From NCBI RefSeq assembly GCF_009914755.1, contig NC_060944.1: a DNA stretch of 64,000 nt, one strand, 5' to 3'. Positions 25,833-40,301 of the stretch are shown here, in pieces. The first letter of the stretch is position 1. The number at the start of each line of letters is the position of its first letter. Position numbers and translations under genes: made by a program. The notes beneath the pieces were generated by a model that saw nothing but the letters and a program-made list of their open reading frames with translations, did not search any database and was not told the origin of the DNA. Source of the stretch: the human T2T-CHM13v2.0 reference genome, Homo sapiens.

Positions 25833-26267
25833 GCTGGTGGGCCCCCACCCCCAGATCCCCTTGGTCCTCACCATATCAGCATACACTGATGGCATCAGCC
25901 TGCAGACACCTGCTCTTCTATACCCGAGGGCTTTCTCTTGGCCCAAGAAGTGAGAAGTTTGAAAGTGCTGAGAAGTCAACATCTCCAGGAGCAGCCTTCA
26001 GCCAACAATGGATGGAAGCTGGAGGATAAATACACCAGCTTTATTCCTGCAAGTGAGGCCTCACTGAAGTGTGTTCCAATCCATCTCCCGGAGGTCCCAA
26101 GTGGCCTTGAGCCTCTGCTGTCCACACTGGTGATCTGTTCACAACTCGCCCCACGTTGACTTCCTCTCCTTCCCTGCTCCCCAGTGGTGTTTCCTAGGAC
26201 CATCTGCAAATAAACCCCTGCTGCTCTGCCTTAAAGAATCTTCTGGGGAAACCCAGCCAAAAGCAGA
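25833..26267 (+). mobile_element. LTR16-type ERVL solo LTR
   Basis: 'ggagcagccttcagccaacaatgg...ggataaatacaccagc', 'ccatctgcaaataaacc...ttctggggaaaccc'. Confidence 0.7.
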
Positions 26268-26879
26268 CCTAAGACTGACTCACACCTAAGGCTGTGTTCC
26301 TTCCACTCTAGCACTTTTAGGAGATACTAAATGCCATTTTTATTCTTTGGTATTTTCTCAAACAATGCGCATATAATCAACAAAACATGTAACCACAGAC
26401 TTTAAAATGCATTCCTTTGTGCTCCCATAGGTTTTGTTATAAACTTCCCAGGAGGCCGGAGGTGAGGTGGGGCTGCTGATGCAGTGTATCATGGTGAAGC
26501 TGTATTTTAGTGTCAAATACATGTCAGGCCCATACTGAATGCCTTATGCACACTATATTATTAAATCCCCGATAAGTCTTTGTATTATGGTTAGTCTTGT
26601 GTAGGTTGTCCTTTGACATAGAGCAAAACTCTTTGAGGTCAAGCATCATGTCCAACCCATTAAAATAGACTGAAAAAACTCCCATTAACACAACAGTGTT
26701 TGGAGAAGTGAGGGGCAGGATGGTGGTGTGCCTTCAAGGCATTCCCTGTCTTCCTTGTACACCCACAGTGCTTTGTGCTTCTTAAATGTTCAATGAATAT
26801 GTGATAGGATTGAATGATGGGCAAACAAGAAAAATCCAGCCTAGTGGAGCCTCAAGCTAACACAATTTGGGAGCCTTTG

Positions 26880-27800
<921 letters not shown>

Positions 27801-27989
27801 TATGTAAAATTTAGCCTGGGAGCTGGAGGGGGAGAGTTTCAAGTTAAGAATTTAAAAATATCTTACCTTTACGTATTACAAAAATACATTCTGCCATCTT
27901 CAGATGATGATGTCTGCCCTCTTGTTCACAAGATGGCTGCCTCCGTATTGTGTGAATATGTTGTCGAGGCTCTTCCTCAGAACCTGTGC

Positions 27990-28043
27990 CAGTGAGAAGC
28001 CTTGAGCTTCAGCTTCATTGGCTTCTTGATAAATCCATCTCTG
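27990..28043 (-). mobile_element. Arthur1/MER69-like hAT-Tip100 terminal fragment
   Basis: 'agcttcagcttcattggcttcttgataaatccatctctg' resembles the reverse terminus of Arthur1. Confidence 0.45.
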
Positions 28044-28959
28044 TGGATTTACATCTAAGAACAACTTCTCGTCATTTGCTGAAAATCACTGAAGTTCGAA
28101 TCTTACAAATAAGATGAAAAAGGGAAGAGCTACTTTGTAAATACTTCTGGGGACCAACATGCTGCTGAGGTTTTAAGATTTCAGCCTGTCTCCTGGTGAT
28201 GTTTGGGTGAACATCTTCCCTTGACAGACTGTTTCTCAGTATCACCTTAGACTCAGTCAGGAAGAGCCCCTACAAAAAGCCACATGCATTTGAAGGCCTC
28301 TCTCCTGCTGTGTTTCAAAGTTCCAAGCTGTTTTGTTCAGGCTGTTCTTCAGGTGCCCAGGACTCTGACATTTCTTTCTAATGGGCCATGATTTGGTTTC
28401 AGAGCCATGTGTGCCTTTTCCCCGGTCCATCCTTCCACAGCTCTGCATACCTTGGTGTCCACAGGGGAGCCGAGTATGTCTATTGGAAGTATGGGAGAAT
28501 TGGATGACATTTGAACTTGCAGGCTAAAGTGTCTGAATATGTTCTCTCAAGACATCTCACAGGTAGGACAGAGCTGGGGAATGGGAAGGGAAGATGCCCA
28601 CCCATGGATCAGGGACTGGAACTAGGATCTTCTTGTATCACCATGTTCCAGCACAATGCCCCAAAAGGAGTTCAAACACTCAAAATTGCAATTTGTCTTC
28701 TCAGGTTGTTATGATGGCATACTATTTTCCAAGGCATGAGGACAGAACACATTTAACTTAGCAGTTTATACCTTAATTTTTAACTGGTAAATATTTAGTA
28801 TGTGATTTGCGGGTCATTGTTCCTAGCTTGCTCTGGGTCCCACAAGTGTTAGGAATGGTCCTGCTGTTTCCTTCTCATCTGTAGTTTGCTAAATTCAAAT
28901 TCATCCATCCAAATACCTGAATAAACGCTGATCAAATTCATCAAGAGGGTTATTATTTA

Positions 28960-29440
28960 TTTAAGAATCTTGTTGTCAGGTAGTCTCAGGATTGGTTGGG
29001 AAACTCAAGAAAGCAATGACAGCTTGGCACTTTCTTCCCTTCTCATCTGTCTTCTTCAAAATGAGAGATGTCTGTCCTCATGCACGCAAGATGGCGGCCT
29101 CAGCTCCAACCATCACATTGTCACAGACATTGCCCTGAGAAAGACAAAGGGCATCAGGAAGGCTTTCTTTTTTCTGGTAGTACTCTTCAGTGTGGAAAAT
29201 CTTACCCAAATGCCCCAGCAGAATTCTTCTTCCATCTTATTGGCCATAAGTAGTTACATTATCTACTTCTACTCAAATCACAGCCAAACAGAATGAGTTA
29301 TTTGATTTGCTTAGACCATTTGGAAATTGTCATTTGGAAGTTGCACACATTGCCTCCTGAAAATAAGAGAAATATCAGGTTGCTCTCAGTAAAAAGGAAG
29401 GGAGAACTTGCTTTAGGCTGGGAAGCCATAGCAACAGACA
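28960..29440 (-). mobile_element. Old MLT1 (L/M/N-type) LTR
   Basis: 'cctcatgcacgcaagatggcggcctcagctccaaccatcaca', 'gccccagcagaattcttc...tcttattggcca'. Confidence 0.55.
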
Positions 29441-30329
29441 GACAGAGGAGTTACTTTCCTTAGAATTATAAAGGAGGATTAGTAATTAGGAAGCAAAGAA
29501 GAAAAGGGAATTTGTCACTGGATAGAAAAGGCAGCCACAGATAAGCTTGTAATAAGCAGATGGTGAGAAGAAAATGTTCAAATGAAGTTCTGTGGGCCTT
29601 CATTATAAATGGTGAATGATTAATTATGTTGCGTTTCATTAAATTTATGAGTCGTATTTGTTATACAACACATCACTAATAAATAATGGCTGATGGATTA
29701 TTATTGCTGTTCTCCATCACTATGGAGAACATGATGTCTTTTCACCAGAATTAACTGTTGCCAGGAGAAAAATCAACCCTAAAGCCTTCATTGCTCGTGA
29801 AACAAAATGACTTAATCAGCTCATCCTAGAAATGAAAGAGATCTGGAGCCACCATTTAAAATCCTGACAAAGCATTCAACTCCTGACATTCCAAGGAGAA
29901 GCATCTGGGTTTGATTTTCTTTTGTCTTATCCCAGGGACAAGCATAGATGTAGGAAAAGTGCGCACATGTCAACAACGTGCCATACATCTGACAGCTGCT
30001 CAAGTGCTCACCTAACCCCAAGGTATTTTTTTACACTGTCCTATTGCTTGCCTACAACTCTAAGTTTACATCTCAGTGCTAGTAAGGTTATGGTGCCCTT
30101 CTTCTATGCAAAGAACAGTGCATTTATATGGAACATAAATATTATGACCTATGGATACCAAATATATAAAAATGGCCTGGAGGTCAGGATTAAGGCTCAG
30201 TAGCTACATTTCTACACAGTCCTGATAAGTGGCATTTTTAGGTAGGAGCGATAGGACAACAATAGAGGTGATATCCACTTTTGGAAGTGATATGTGGCAG
30301 GATACCACAAGGTAGGGCAGACCTATATA

Positions 30330-30592
30330 AGGTAGCACACTCACTGTGTGCTGCTCGGGCTTTCTCACCATGTGGTGGCCAGGTTCCAAGAGGCTGTGTC
30401 CTCCCTGAGACAAGAAATAGAAGCTGCCAATTTCTTCAGGTCTGAGCCCAGGAATTGTCACAGCATCATTTCTGCTATATTCCATTCGTCAAGAAGTCAG
30501 AGAGCCCAGATTCAAAGGACTGGGACATACACTCCACCTGTTGATGGGAGGAGTATCAAAGAATTGGGAAGCCATGTCTTCAAACCATCACA
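30330..30592 (-). mobile_element. MLT1 LTR fragment
   Basis: 'tctcaccatgtggtggccaggttccaagag', 'agcccagattcaaagga...ctccacctgttgatgggag'. Confidence 0.7.
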
Positions 30593-30619
30593 TTAGCTTG
30601 AATGTTGTTTCAGGGAGCC

Positions 30620-30903
30620 TTGCCTAGCCACCTCCTCTTAAGCAGCCCTGGCCACTCCTTGGAGTTACTCTCTATCACAATATCTCTTTGGTTTTCTTCA
30701 TAGCACCGTTGCCTGGACTTACTTTGTAAATGCATTTATTTAGTTGCATAATTAATTTTAAGCTTATTTCCCATTTAGTATGTAATTTCCACAATAGCAG
30801 GAACATTAGTGATCTTGTTCACAGCTATATCCCCATATAGTAGGTGCTCACTAAACAAAAAGTTGCTGTACAATAAACATTTGTTGAGTGGATGAGTGGA
30901 TGA
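30620..30903 (+). mobile_element. L2 3' end
   Basis: 'atcttgttcacagctatatcccc...tagtaggtgctca...aataaacatttgttgagtggatgagtggatga'. Confidence 0.65.
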
Positions 30904-33179
30904 AATTTTTATCATGTAACTCCTTTAACAGCTCATAACGAGGATGTGTGCAAGACTTACCATTAACACTGGTTCCTCAGGCTTCTTTGTATAATCTAGG
31001 GCTCTCATTAATGTGACCACTCCTAGACCTAAAAATCCAGCTAATTATCGCAGATTTAACCTGTGAAGCTATAACTCAAGCTGCCTAGAACTAACGTAAT
31101 TGTGGCTGAGCGTTGCCTTATGGAAATGCACCAAATCCCTGTCACACAAATTCCTAGCTCTGACATGAAAAAATTGGATTAGGAAATAGCTAAGGAAGAG
31201 ACGTTCATGAAGGCGCAGCTTTCTGAGTGCAGAGAAGAATACGTCTCTGCACATTTGTTACTGTCCATGGTTATAGAGTTATTGGGAAGCAAACAGTAAC
31301 AGTGCAGCGGTAATTCTGAGAAAATGGGCTGAGTGACTTATTGCCTGTTGGTTCAGAGCCTGCAAATCTGTTTTCCAAAGTGCAGCTGGGAAAAAGCTAC
31401 AGAATAATGTTCTGCTTTTTACCTGCTCCCACATCCTTTATTGGGTCCCAGGAGGGAACATTGAGCAAGGAGTAAGAGAAACTCGCGTACCAGATTCTAT
31501 GTGTGACGCAGGCTGGGTAGCTACAAGATGGATATTTACCAGACTTCAATTTTCATCTCAAATTAGTGACGCATCTCCATTAATGAGGGCAGACCTCATT
31601 ATGATTGTGCCTCTCTATTTCTTTTTGGAAGAAAATAAAGTCAATTAAAATCATTGCATTTCAGAAGAAAAGCAATTCACACTGTGTTTTATTAGTAGCA
31701 CAATGGTGCTGTTTTCTTTGTTACCAAGACAAAAATTAACAGGCGTCTAATGGCACAAAGGTGGGTGACAAGCAAAACAGGCTATTAGTAATGTGGCTGT
31801 TTTCAGACTTCGAAACAGAAGGAGGCTTCCAGGATTTAAAAACAGAATAAAAGTTCTTCTCTGTGCTGTCAGTCTCTTTCTCTGAGTTTGTAGTCCTCCT
31901 TTCAGTCACCACCTTATGCTGTCTGGTTGAAACATTTAAAGACTGTTGTTTTTTTCCCTAGCACATCTCAAGTATTAAATTAATATAAAGGAAACCTTTA
32001 AGTCATTACTGGAGATTAAGAAGTGGTTTTAGATGATTTGATGGCTATAAAGTTCCAGTTGGGAGTTTTGGTGTTTAATTGTATGTGTTGTATACTTAAT
32101 ATGTATTGTTTTTAGTTTTGACTCTACTTTATGTATTATTATACATATTTGTTACTGTTTTAGTTAAAACAGTAACAATTTTGGCTTCAGGAGAGAAAAG
32201 AAAGGCTTCCTTAGAAGTTGGTGACATTTTCCCAAAGAAGTCACTGTGAAACTAAAGAAAGTAGAAATCAAAGAGGTAACATCTGACAAAGATTAGTGTG
32301 AAAATAGGGAAAGACCCCAGGTCTTGTGATACACATAAAACTGAGCAGGGGAAATACTCTCACCAGAGACCTGATATGATCCAAATAGAACTCTTCATAT
32401 TTCATCCTAAAGTTGTTTTTTTCTGTCCGACTCCCCCAATTCTTCTCCAAAATATTACCATTCTTTCAGATTACCAGCCTGGAATATTCTATCTCTGTGT
32501 CTTTTATCTTCTTGTTGTTTCTTAAAATTAGACCTTAAATATGCCATTTATTTCCATTTTTTTCTCTTATATCTACCTTTTTGTTGTTCATTTTAAGTTT
32601 TTCATTTCTAGTTCAGAGTGAATTGTTGGCTTAGTTCTGGTTATAATGAGTTTGTATAAGACATAGAGGATGAAATGTTCACCAAATGGGTGTAAATATG
32701 TGATTAGAATTCTGGAGAACCTTCAAGGTATGCAAAGAAATCCATATTTGAAACCCACTCATAAGAAGAGACAGTGGTGGATCTCATGACACTGAACTGA
32801 ATGGAGGTAGTCCGGCGAGAGGTCAGGTTTAAGAGCCATCACTAGGGTAAGAGGAGCATGAACAAGAGCCAAAGGACGCATGTGCAGAAATAGAAGAAAA
32901 GAATGTGGTAAGTCCAGTATACTGGTCAGCAAAGAAGAAGCTTTGAGAAGGATTTGTCAAGTCATCACTGTCAAGTATTGTAGAGAGGTTCAAGAGGGAT
33001 GGAAAATCTCATCAGTGAGTTGAGTTTGACTTCCAGGAGGGGACTTTCTAGGTTGTGTAGAGTCTTAGGAAACAAATGGAATAGGAGCAATGGATGGCCT
33101 GTGGTGTAGAAGTCTAAACAGGAATGAATAATCTTCAAAATAGGTCGGAAAGCTTCCCAGATCATACTCACCTTTACTC

Positions 33180-33340
33180 TTGTCCTAGTCTTGATTTCTT
33201 CCTTCCTCTCCCAAAGCAGAGGCCGAGGAAATGGCTTGAGTGCAGGTAGTTTATGCAGAAAGCGATCCCAAGAAACAAGAGTGGGGTCTGGGGAGAAGTG
33301 AAACAAGGAAGAGAAAGAAATATAAGGATATATTGCAAAG
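33180..33340 (-). mobile_element. LTR16/LTR33-type ERVL LTR fragment
   Basis: 'aagcagaggccgagg...ggcttgagtgcaggtagtttat...gatcccaagaaac'. Confidence 0.5.
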
Positions 33341-33762
33341 CCAGTGAAGCTGAAGCTGTTTGCACCTCAGGACCAGAAGGTGAAGTGAATGTTAGCCTGG
33401 TTCCCCACCTTTTCTCCTTATTTCTTCCCAAACCCGACATTTTTGAAGCTCTGTCTTCAAGGTTGTTGGAGAAACATCTGGCTAGAAGACTCTCTACTCA
33501 TCCCTGCTAACCTCTCACTCCCCACCCCCCTACCAATCTAATGAAGACTTTAGCTCCAGACATTCCTGCACCGATTCATCTTTCTCTCCCCCTCCAAAGC
33601 TTAGGGAGTATATTTTATTTACTTCATCTGGAAAGGGAGTCTTCCTACTTCTTCAGGTCATTCTCTATTCATTTTTTCTCATCCCCTCTCCCTCAGTGGA
33701 TTTAGGTTTTGGGGACAAAAGTCACATCTGTGTAGTTCTCATATAAGACAGCCACCCCACCA

Positions 33763-33790
33763 ACACACACACACACACACACACACACAC
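33763..33790. repeat. (CA)n microsatellite
   Basis: About 14 AC units. Confidence 0.95.
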
Positions 33791-34669
33791 GAACAAACCC
33801 AGTGAAACTGGCAGATAAATACTCCTCTCTCCCATTCCAGTGTGAATAAATTTGGTATTATGCCCTTAGACTGGCCTTCCCTCCTTCTCCATCTCACTCT
33901 GAGAATACTTGAATGAGAAAAGGAAAGAGGAGAAATAATGTGGAGAAAGCCATAGGTGAATATCTCCAAGTATATTCAGTTATTCATGTCTTCAAATGAA
34001 TACTTGAAACAAGTTTCTATTTTCAAATGTCACCCAGACACAAAAGTTTATTTTTCTTCCCCTTAGCTTGATTGTAACAGGCTGTAAGTTCATTGAGATT
34101 AGGCACTATGTACTAAATATATTTTATTCCCATCTGTTGCCTAATACAATCCTGGGTATATGGTCACCACTGCAAGATTTGTATAGTGGTACTGTCATTG
34201 GCTCTTGGAAACATTTTTGGGCCTGAGAGATGTAAATGTCTTTTTTTTTTTTTTTTTTAACATATTGACTAAAGCAGGTGAGCACCTTTATTCTGGTAGG
34301 AGAGAGATGCTGCCTATGTAAAGGTTCATTAGGTACTTGCCAGCCAGGGGAAAAAGAAGGAGCAGCAAATTGCCTTCATGGGGGAAAATTGCCAGCCTGC
34401 CACTGGGCTTACCCACTGTTCTTTGTAGGACCTCAGAGGGCAAAGGAAGCATCACACATTATCTAGCAACATCAGTGACCGCAAATTCTCATCGCAGCCA
34501 ATTCTCCCTACTTCTCTACCAGAATACTTCTCCTTAATCTTGTTCTCCTTCATAGCCTTTCCTTGGTAGGTGCTCTTAGTATGATCAGTTCTGGCTGTTT
34601 ATGCTGTAAATTCTTCCCTATTGTCCACAACAGAAAACTCTTGGGCAATGCAGTGAAATGTCAGGAGAT

Positions 34670-34681
34670 TATCTATCTAAA

Positions 34682-34731
<50 letters not shown>

Positions 34732-34738
34732 GTCTGTC
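34670..34738. repeat. (TATC)n tetranucleotide STR
   Basis: (TATC)12 at 34683-34730 followed by (TGTC)2. Confidence 0.95.
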
Positions 34739-35154
34739 TAAGTGCCTTTTAAAAATTACCCCTCAAGTTAAGATTACTTGTCTCAGAAAGTCTTCCTAAT
34801 TTAAACCGTGTTGTTTTTCATCATTTCATAGATCTGTGTGAAGCGAAGAATTTTCTGTTACAGTATGACTGGACCAGACTAAACACCCTTGGTTATTTTC
34901 ACTTTGTCTTTATTTCCAGAGATTAATGTCACTGCAATGGACACTGAGCAATGACCCAGTCCATTCCTTTGTTTCTGTGTGGACAGTACAAAAAGTATCC
35001 ACACTGAACACTATTCATTTTCAGTAGTGAGGAAATGTTTCAGTGATTTTGTTAACATGTAGGGCATTTGTAAACAATTCCAACTGACCTAAAATCTGGG
35101 CAGGAATTGAAATAGGATTCCATATGAAGGAGATGTTTCATCATAGCAAATTGG

Positions 35155-35690
35155 GAGAGCCACTTTGGGAAATAGTTTGGCAGTTTCTTATGAAGCTAAA
35201 CGTGACTTTACCATATGACACAGCAATCCCACTCTTAGATATTTACCCAAATGAGAGGAAAACCTATGAATGCACGTGCTTATTGTGGCTTTATTCACAA
35301 TTGCCTGAAACTGGAAACAAACCAAATGCTTCTCAAGAGGGGAATAAACAAGCCTTGGTACATCCATATGTACAATGAAATACTACTCAGCAATAGAAAG
35401 GAACAAACTACTGTTCCACACAATAACATGGACAAATCTCAAATGCATTGTACTAACTGGAAGAAATGAGACTTGACATATCACATATTGTATAATTCTA
35501 TCCATAAGACATTTTTGAAAAGGGCAAATGGTAGAGGCAGGAAACACATCAATGGCTGCCAGCCCCAGGAAGAGGTTGATGACAGAGGGATGTAGAGGAA
35601 TTTTGGGGGTGAAGAAGCTATTCCATATCCTGATGGTGGTGGATACACAACTTCACATACTTGCCAACTCATACAACTTACAACATAAAA
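35155..35690 (+). mobile_element. L1ME/L1MD 3' fragment
   Basis: 'ccactttgggaaatagtttggcagtttctta...ccatatgacacagcaatcccactc...ctggaaacaaaccaaatg'. Confidence 0.8.
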
Positions 35691-36526
35691 GCACACACCC
35701 CAGACACACACGTGCACACACACACTCACGTACTCTGTAAGGATGGTTGTGCATCCACTAGCAATCTGTCTCTTTTTCTTATGATTTTCAGTGGCTTCCT
35801 TCTCTCCTATGCAATGCAGGAACAGCAAGTGCCTTACACACAGGTACAGGCTCACATTAACTCAGCTTAATAACTTCAGAGAAAAGGGGTTACTTCTTGT
35901 CTCCAATGATGTGCATATAAAATCCTAGGAAGAAACTTGGCCCATTTTGGATCAAGTGAAATTTCTTGGCCAATCACTTATACAAAACTGATGAAGTGCT
36001 ATTTTTGGAGATTACACATTTATTCCTATGACCTGGGAGATGGGATATACTGATCTATCACATGGAGTAGAGGGCAGGCCTGGCTCCAGAACTCAAAGGT
36101 GTTCCTATTAGAAAAGATCAGGAGACTAAAAAAGCAGAGACCACTCTACTACTGGTCTTACATTCACAGCATATAGGAAGGCCATTACTTGGGAACTTAA
36201 TGCAATAAATTGCCACAAGCTGTTCCAGTTAGCCATCTAAATCTGTCCTCCCAAACCACGTCACAGTCACTGGGACCTTGAGACAAATAGAGGTTCCTGA
36301 TTGCCTAACTGGTTATGTCTTTGACCTTGTTATTGTTTCTATTGTTGTTGTTTTTGTTTTTCTGTGGATCGTAAACTCTCTTGAGAATCTAATGAGAGCT
36401 TTAGACCGACTGTCTTGAAAACTATAGCAGACCTGAGGACCCATACCCAACTCTCCGTCATCTCATCCTTCCCACCCCTCACCTCCACCAGTTCATAAAT
36501 CTCAGGAAAAGATTATTCATCTAGAC

Positions 36527-36709
36527 CAGTGGTGCTCAAATGCTGGCCCACATTGTGATACCCTAGAGAGCTTGTTAAACATAGATTTCTGTGTCTTACC
36601 CCAGAGTTTCTGATTTAGTAGGGCTGGGATGGGGCCTGAAAGTCCACATTAACAAGTTCCTAGGTGATGTGGATATTACGGTCTGGGGACTAGACTTTGG
36701 AAACCACTG
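36527..36709. mobile_element. MER5A
   Basis: TIRs cagtggtgctcaaa / tttggaaaccactg; degenerate 8-bp target atctagac/ctctaaac. Confidence 0.85.
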
Positions 36710-38004
36710 CTCTAAACCATAGACTAATGATGTCATCACTTACTGTCCTAAATCACACTTCTCTACTGCCGAATTTTCCTGAATGTGACTTAGCCACCAG
36801 GGAGTGTGAATTTGAGTTTATTGTAACATATGCAATCTTGATGCCTCTGTAAGGAGCACTGTTGTGAACAAAAACAATAACATAATTAAATACTTATTCA
36901 CATATTGACTCATATCTTAAAATTGAGCTACTTAAAATATGGACAGTGTTCTTCCAGTGGATTAGAAAAATAAACGAGAAATCAGCCCTTAAAATTACAC
37001 TTAAAGATCTTAACAATTATTGTTAAAAGAGCCTGCCTTTTAAAATGAATCATTTGCATGTTTTCAGTTATCCCATTTTGAAAAACCCTAACAATGCATA
37101 TTCATATATTTTTACAAAGTTAAGGCCAGACTGTGTAAACAATTTTGTTTCTATTTTTGTGTAACTTTCTGTGTGTCTCCTCACACCATTCCAAACCCTT
37201 CAAAAACAATTTCCCATTGGAGGTGCAAGACCGTCATGTGGATGGGTAAGAATTTGCAAAAAAAAAAAAAAAAATTCCATGTTTGATTTTGATCATTGAA
37301 GTTTCTGATTTCCAAAAATTGAGAATTATAAATAATGCTTTGATCATAGCCTCAAAAATAAATGGTTTATTTCCCTCAAATATAATCAGTATGTCTACTG
37401 GATCAAGGCATCTGAATTTTGTTAAAGGCTTTCCTTCACAAATATTGTACACTCTGATTATCTAGGCAACATAGCCAGTTCCAAGGACATTTGTGTAGGG
37501 TTTTAAGTCCCCAAAAGAAGGGAGACATTAGAGGCAAGTTGCACATATGTTGTTACTCCCCCACCTCTTTAAGAATGTCTCACCATGCCTTCTAATTTCT
37601 AGCCATTTAGCCTTTTAATACAAATCTACAAGGCAACTTATTAGGCAAACACAAAGAAATAGAGAGGCCCTGGAAATAACTGTGTGACCTGAGGATGAAG
37701 ACAGGGTGATTCCTTCATGCCCTTTCCTCGGTAGCCTGAGTGGGCCCCAAGTAGACACATGTGTCTGAAGCATTTGTGACTCCTGCTGACAACCCTGGGG
37801 ATGTCCTGACCCTCAAGGATCCAAATCACGCCCATTTCACAGTCTGTTGCAATCCAAACCTCTCTAATTGACAACCATTCTCTCCCAACTTCTGACTTCA
37901 TGGTCTTTAAGGTCATTTTCCTGTCTCTGTTTTTATCTCGGCTGTAGATCAGTTCCTGCAGGAAGTTCCTGCACCCTTGTAAGACCAAGAGGGAGGCACC
38001 CAGG

Positions 38005-38513
38005 TATATTAGTTTTTTATTGCAGCTATATAAATTATCATAAACTCAGGAGTTTAAAAAAGCACTTATTATCTTATAGTTCTGAGTGTCAGAAGTCTAA
38101 AACAGCTCTCATTGAGCTAAAATCAGTGTGTTGGCAGGTATGCATTCCTTTCTAGAGACTCCAGGCGAGAATTCCTTTTCTTGCTTTTCCAGCTTCTAGA
38201 GGCCCCTTCGGTTCCTCCCGGCCCCTTCCTCCATCTTCAAAGCCAGCAATGGCCAGCCAAGTTTTTCTCCATCACATCAATTTGACTCTTACTCTTCTGC
38301 CTCCCTCTTCCACATTTAAAGACCTTTTCAGTTATATGCCACCCCACCCCCCAGATAATCCAGGATAATCTCTTTATTTGAATGCCAGTTGATTGTTAAA
38401 CCTAATTCCATAAGCAACCTGCATCCCCCCCTTGTCATATAATGTAACATGTGCATAGGTTTTGCGGAAAAGGGAGTGGTCATCCTTGGGAGGTCATTAT
38501 TCTGCCTACCACA
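38005..38513 (-). mobile_element. MLT1D solo LTR
   Basis: tatattagtttt...attctgcctaccaca; 5-bp TSD ccagg at 38000-38004 and 38514-38518. Confidence 0.9.
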
Positions 38514-40301
38514 CCAGGACTCCAGGATCCTTTGCCTGGACAGACCATCTAGTCCATCTCCAAATGCAGAGGCACAGTCAGTGAGAACACCCCAGGGCTG
38601 AGGGGTTCCCAAGATTGCTGGAGAGTGGTGAGAAAACTGGCTTGGATGTGCAGGCTGGGGGTCCACACACAGGCACGGAAGACCCCTCACGGTGCTGACA
38701 GAGACATGGCAAGATGTGAAAGGGGCAGGGCAGGCTGCCAGCCAAACTGGGGGGCTTCTGTTTGCACCTAGGCCCTGGGACTCATAGCATGGGCTGGGGG
38801 TGGTAGGGTACACCTCTAAAAGGGAGGAAAAAAAGAGAAGTTGTGTTTCCATTTTCTGCTTCAGAGAAGGTTAATTGATATTTAAATCCAAATCCTGTAA
38901 GTTCTTTGATATTTTTGAGGAATTAAATCACAGATGTTTCTGTTCTCTTGCTGCACTTTATGTTGCTTTATAGTTTGGCTTTAATTATTTCTGGAACAAA
39001 ATGAGGGATAAATAAATACACTTTTCAACTTTACTGGAAATTTTCTTCTTTATGCACACAAGCTCAGAAATGTAATGTGGTGTTATCTTATAATTTCATT
39101 TAATTACATAATGGATGATTTATATTCTAGGAGAAAGAGAGGCTAGAATGTGGTTACCTTGTTGATTTGAACATTTATCGTTACAAAAACCTATTGGTTA
39201 GGCTTACTTTGATGTGGTTAGAACATTTCCAGAGTAATAAGAACTTATCCACGGTAAGCCAGCGTATATATATATATGATACAAAAACAGTCTTCTAAAC
39301 TACAAAGCCTGGTACTCAACCTCAGTGATTCAGAATCTTGAAAGCCACACAATGACTCTTTCTAAAGTGACAAGTGTCCAAGTACCCAAAGCATTAAATA
39401 AACTGTTAAATGACAACAAGAAGAAGGAACTCCAAGCAGTCTCTGGAGTTTAAGCATCTGCAATCTTATGTTACCAAGAATTTGACACCTTTCTTATTCC
39501 GAAAATTAGCTAAAAGTTTATTTGTCAGTTATTTCCTTTTTAATCTTCGAAGCTCTGTTGTCGTGTCCTGGTGACGGTGCCATGCTTCCCTGAGGTACAG
39601 CACTGAAGCTTGAATATTACTTTCCTAAATCTTCATTTAATTTTGTTAGCTTTTTTCTTCCATAGATCTTTGTGATTGGGCTCAACCGTTCTCAGCATGA
39701 AATCTTAACCTTTTTGACCCTTAATCCCAATTTCCAAGATGCTGAGGAAGCACTTGTTTCTTTGTACTTCAATTTTCTTGGGAAGCTTAAAATAAGACAC
39801 TCCAGGCAGCTGACTGTGTGTGAGGAATCATGCTATAGTCTCAGAGTATTTTCCTCAGAGTGGAGTTGAAGCATGACTCATGCAACAAATGCAAAGCTAG
39901 TAGTGGGTAGATTGATTTAAAAAATTATTTAAAGTAAGGGCTCCTGAAAATGATTCATATATGCCTTAAACATTTTTATTTTAACTTAAAACACAAATTG
40001 ACATTCATTTGCCAATCTTTGATGTATAGCTAAGGTCTCTTCTCTGACTCTGGGTCCCTTAATTGGCGTTATGTGTTGTCTCTCTTAATAAATCATACCT
40101 TTAATGTATCCCCTATGATGCCCAACTTCAGTTTCTTTACATTGGAGTAAGAATTAAAGTGACGTGCAAAGCAATCCTATTGAATAATCTTTTTGATTGT
40201 TACAATTTCTCTCCAATACCTCCACAGTTTTCTCAGCCATACCTAATTCAACAAACCATTTTTATTGGCTTGCTTTCACCAAACCATTCTGAAGCATTTG
40301 C

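Noticed and set aside
38328-38852. 174-aa minus-strand ORF
   Set aside because: Runs across an MLT1D boundary, lacks an ATG at the called start and has no recognisable homology.
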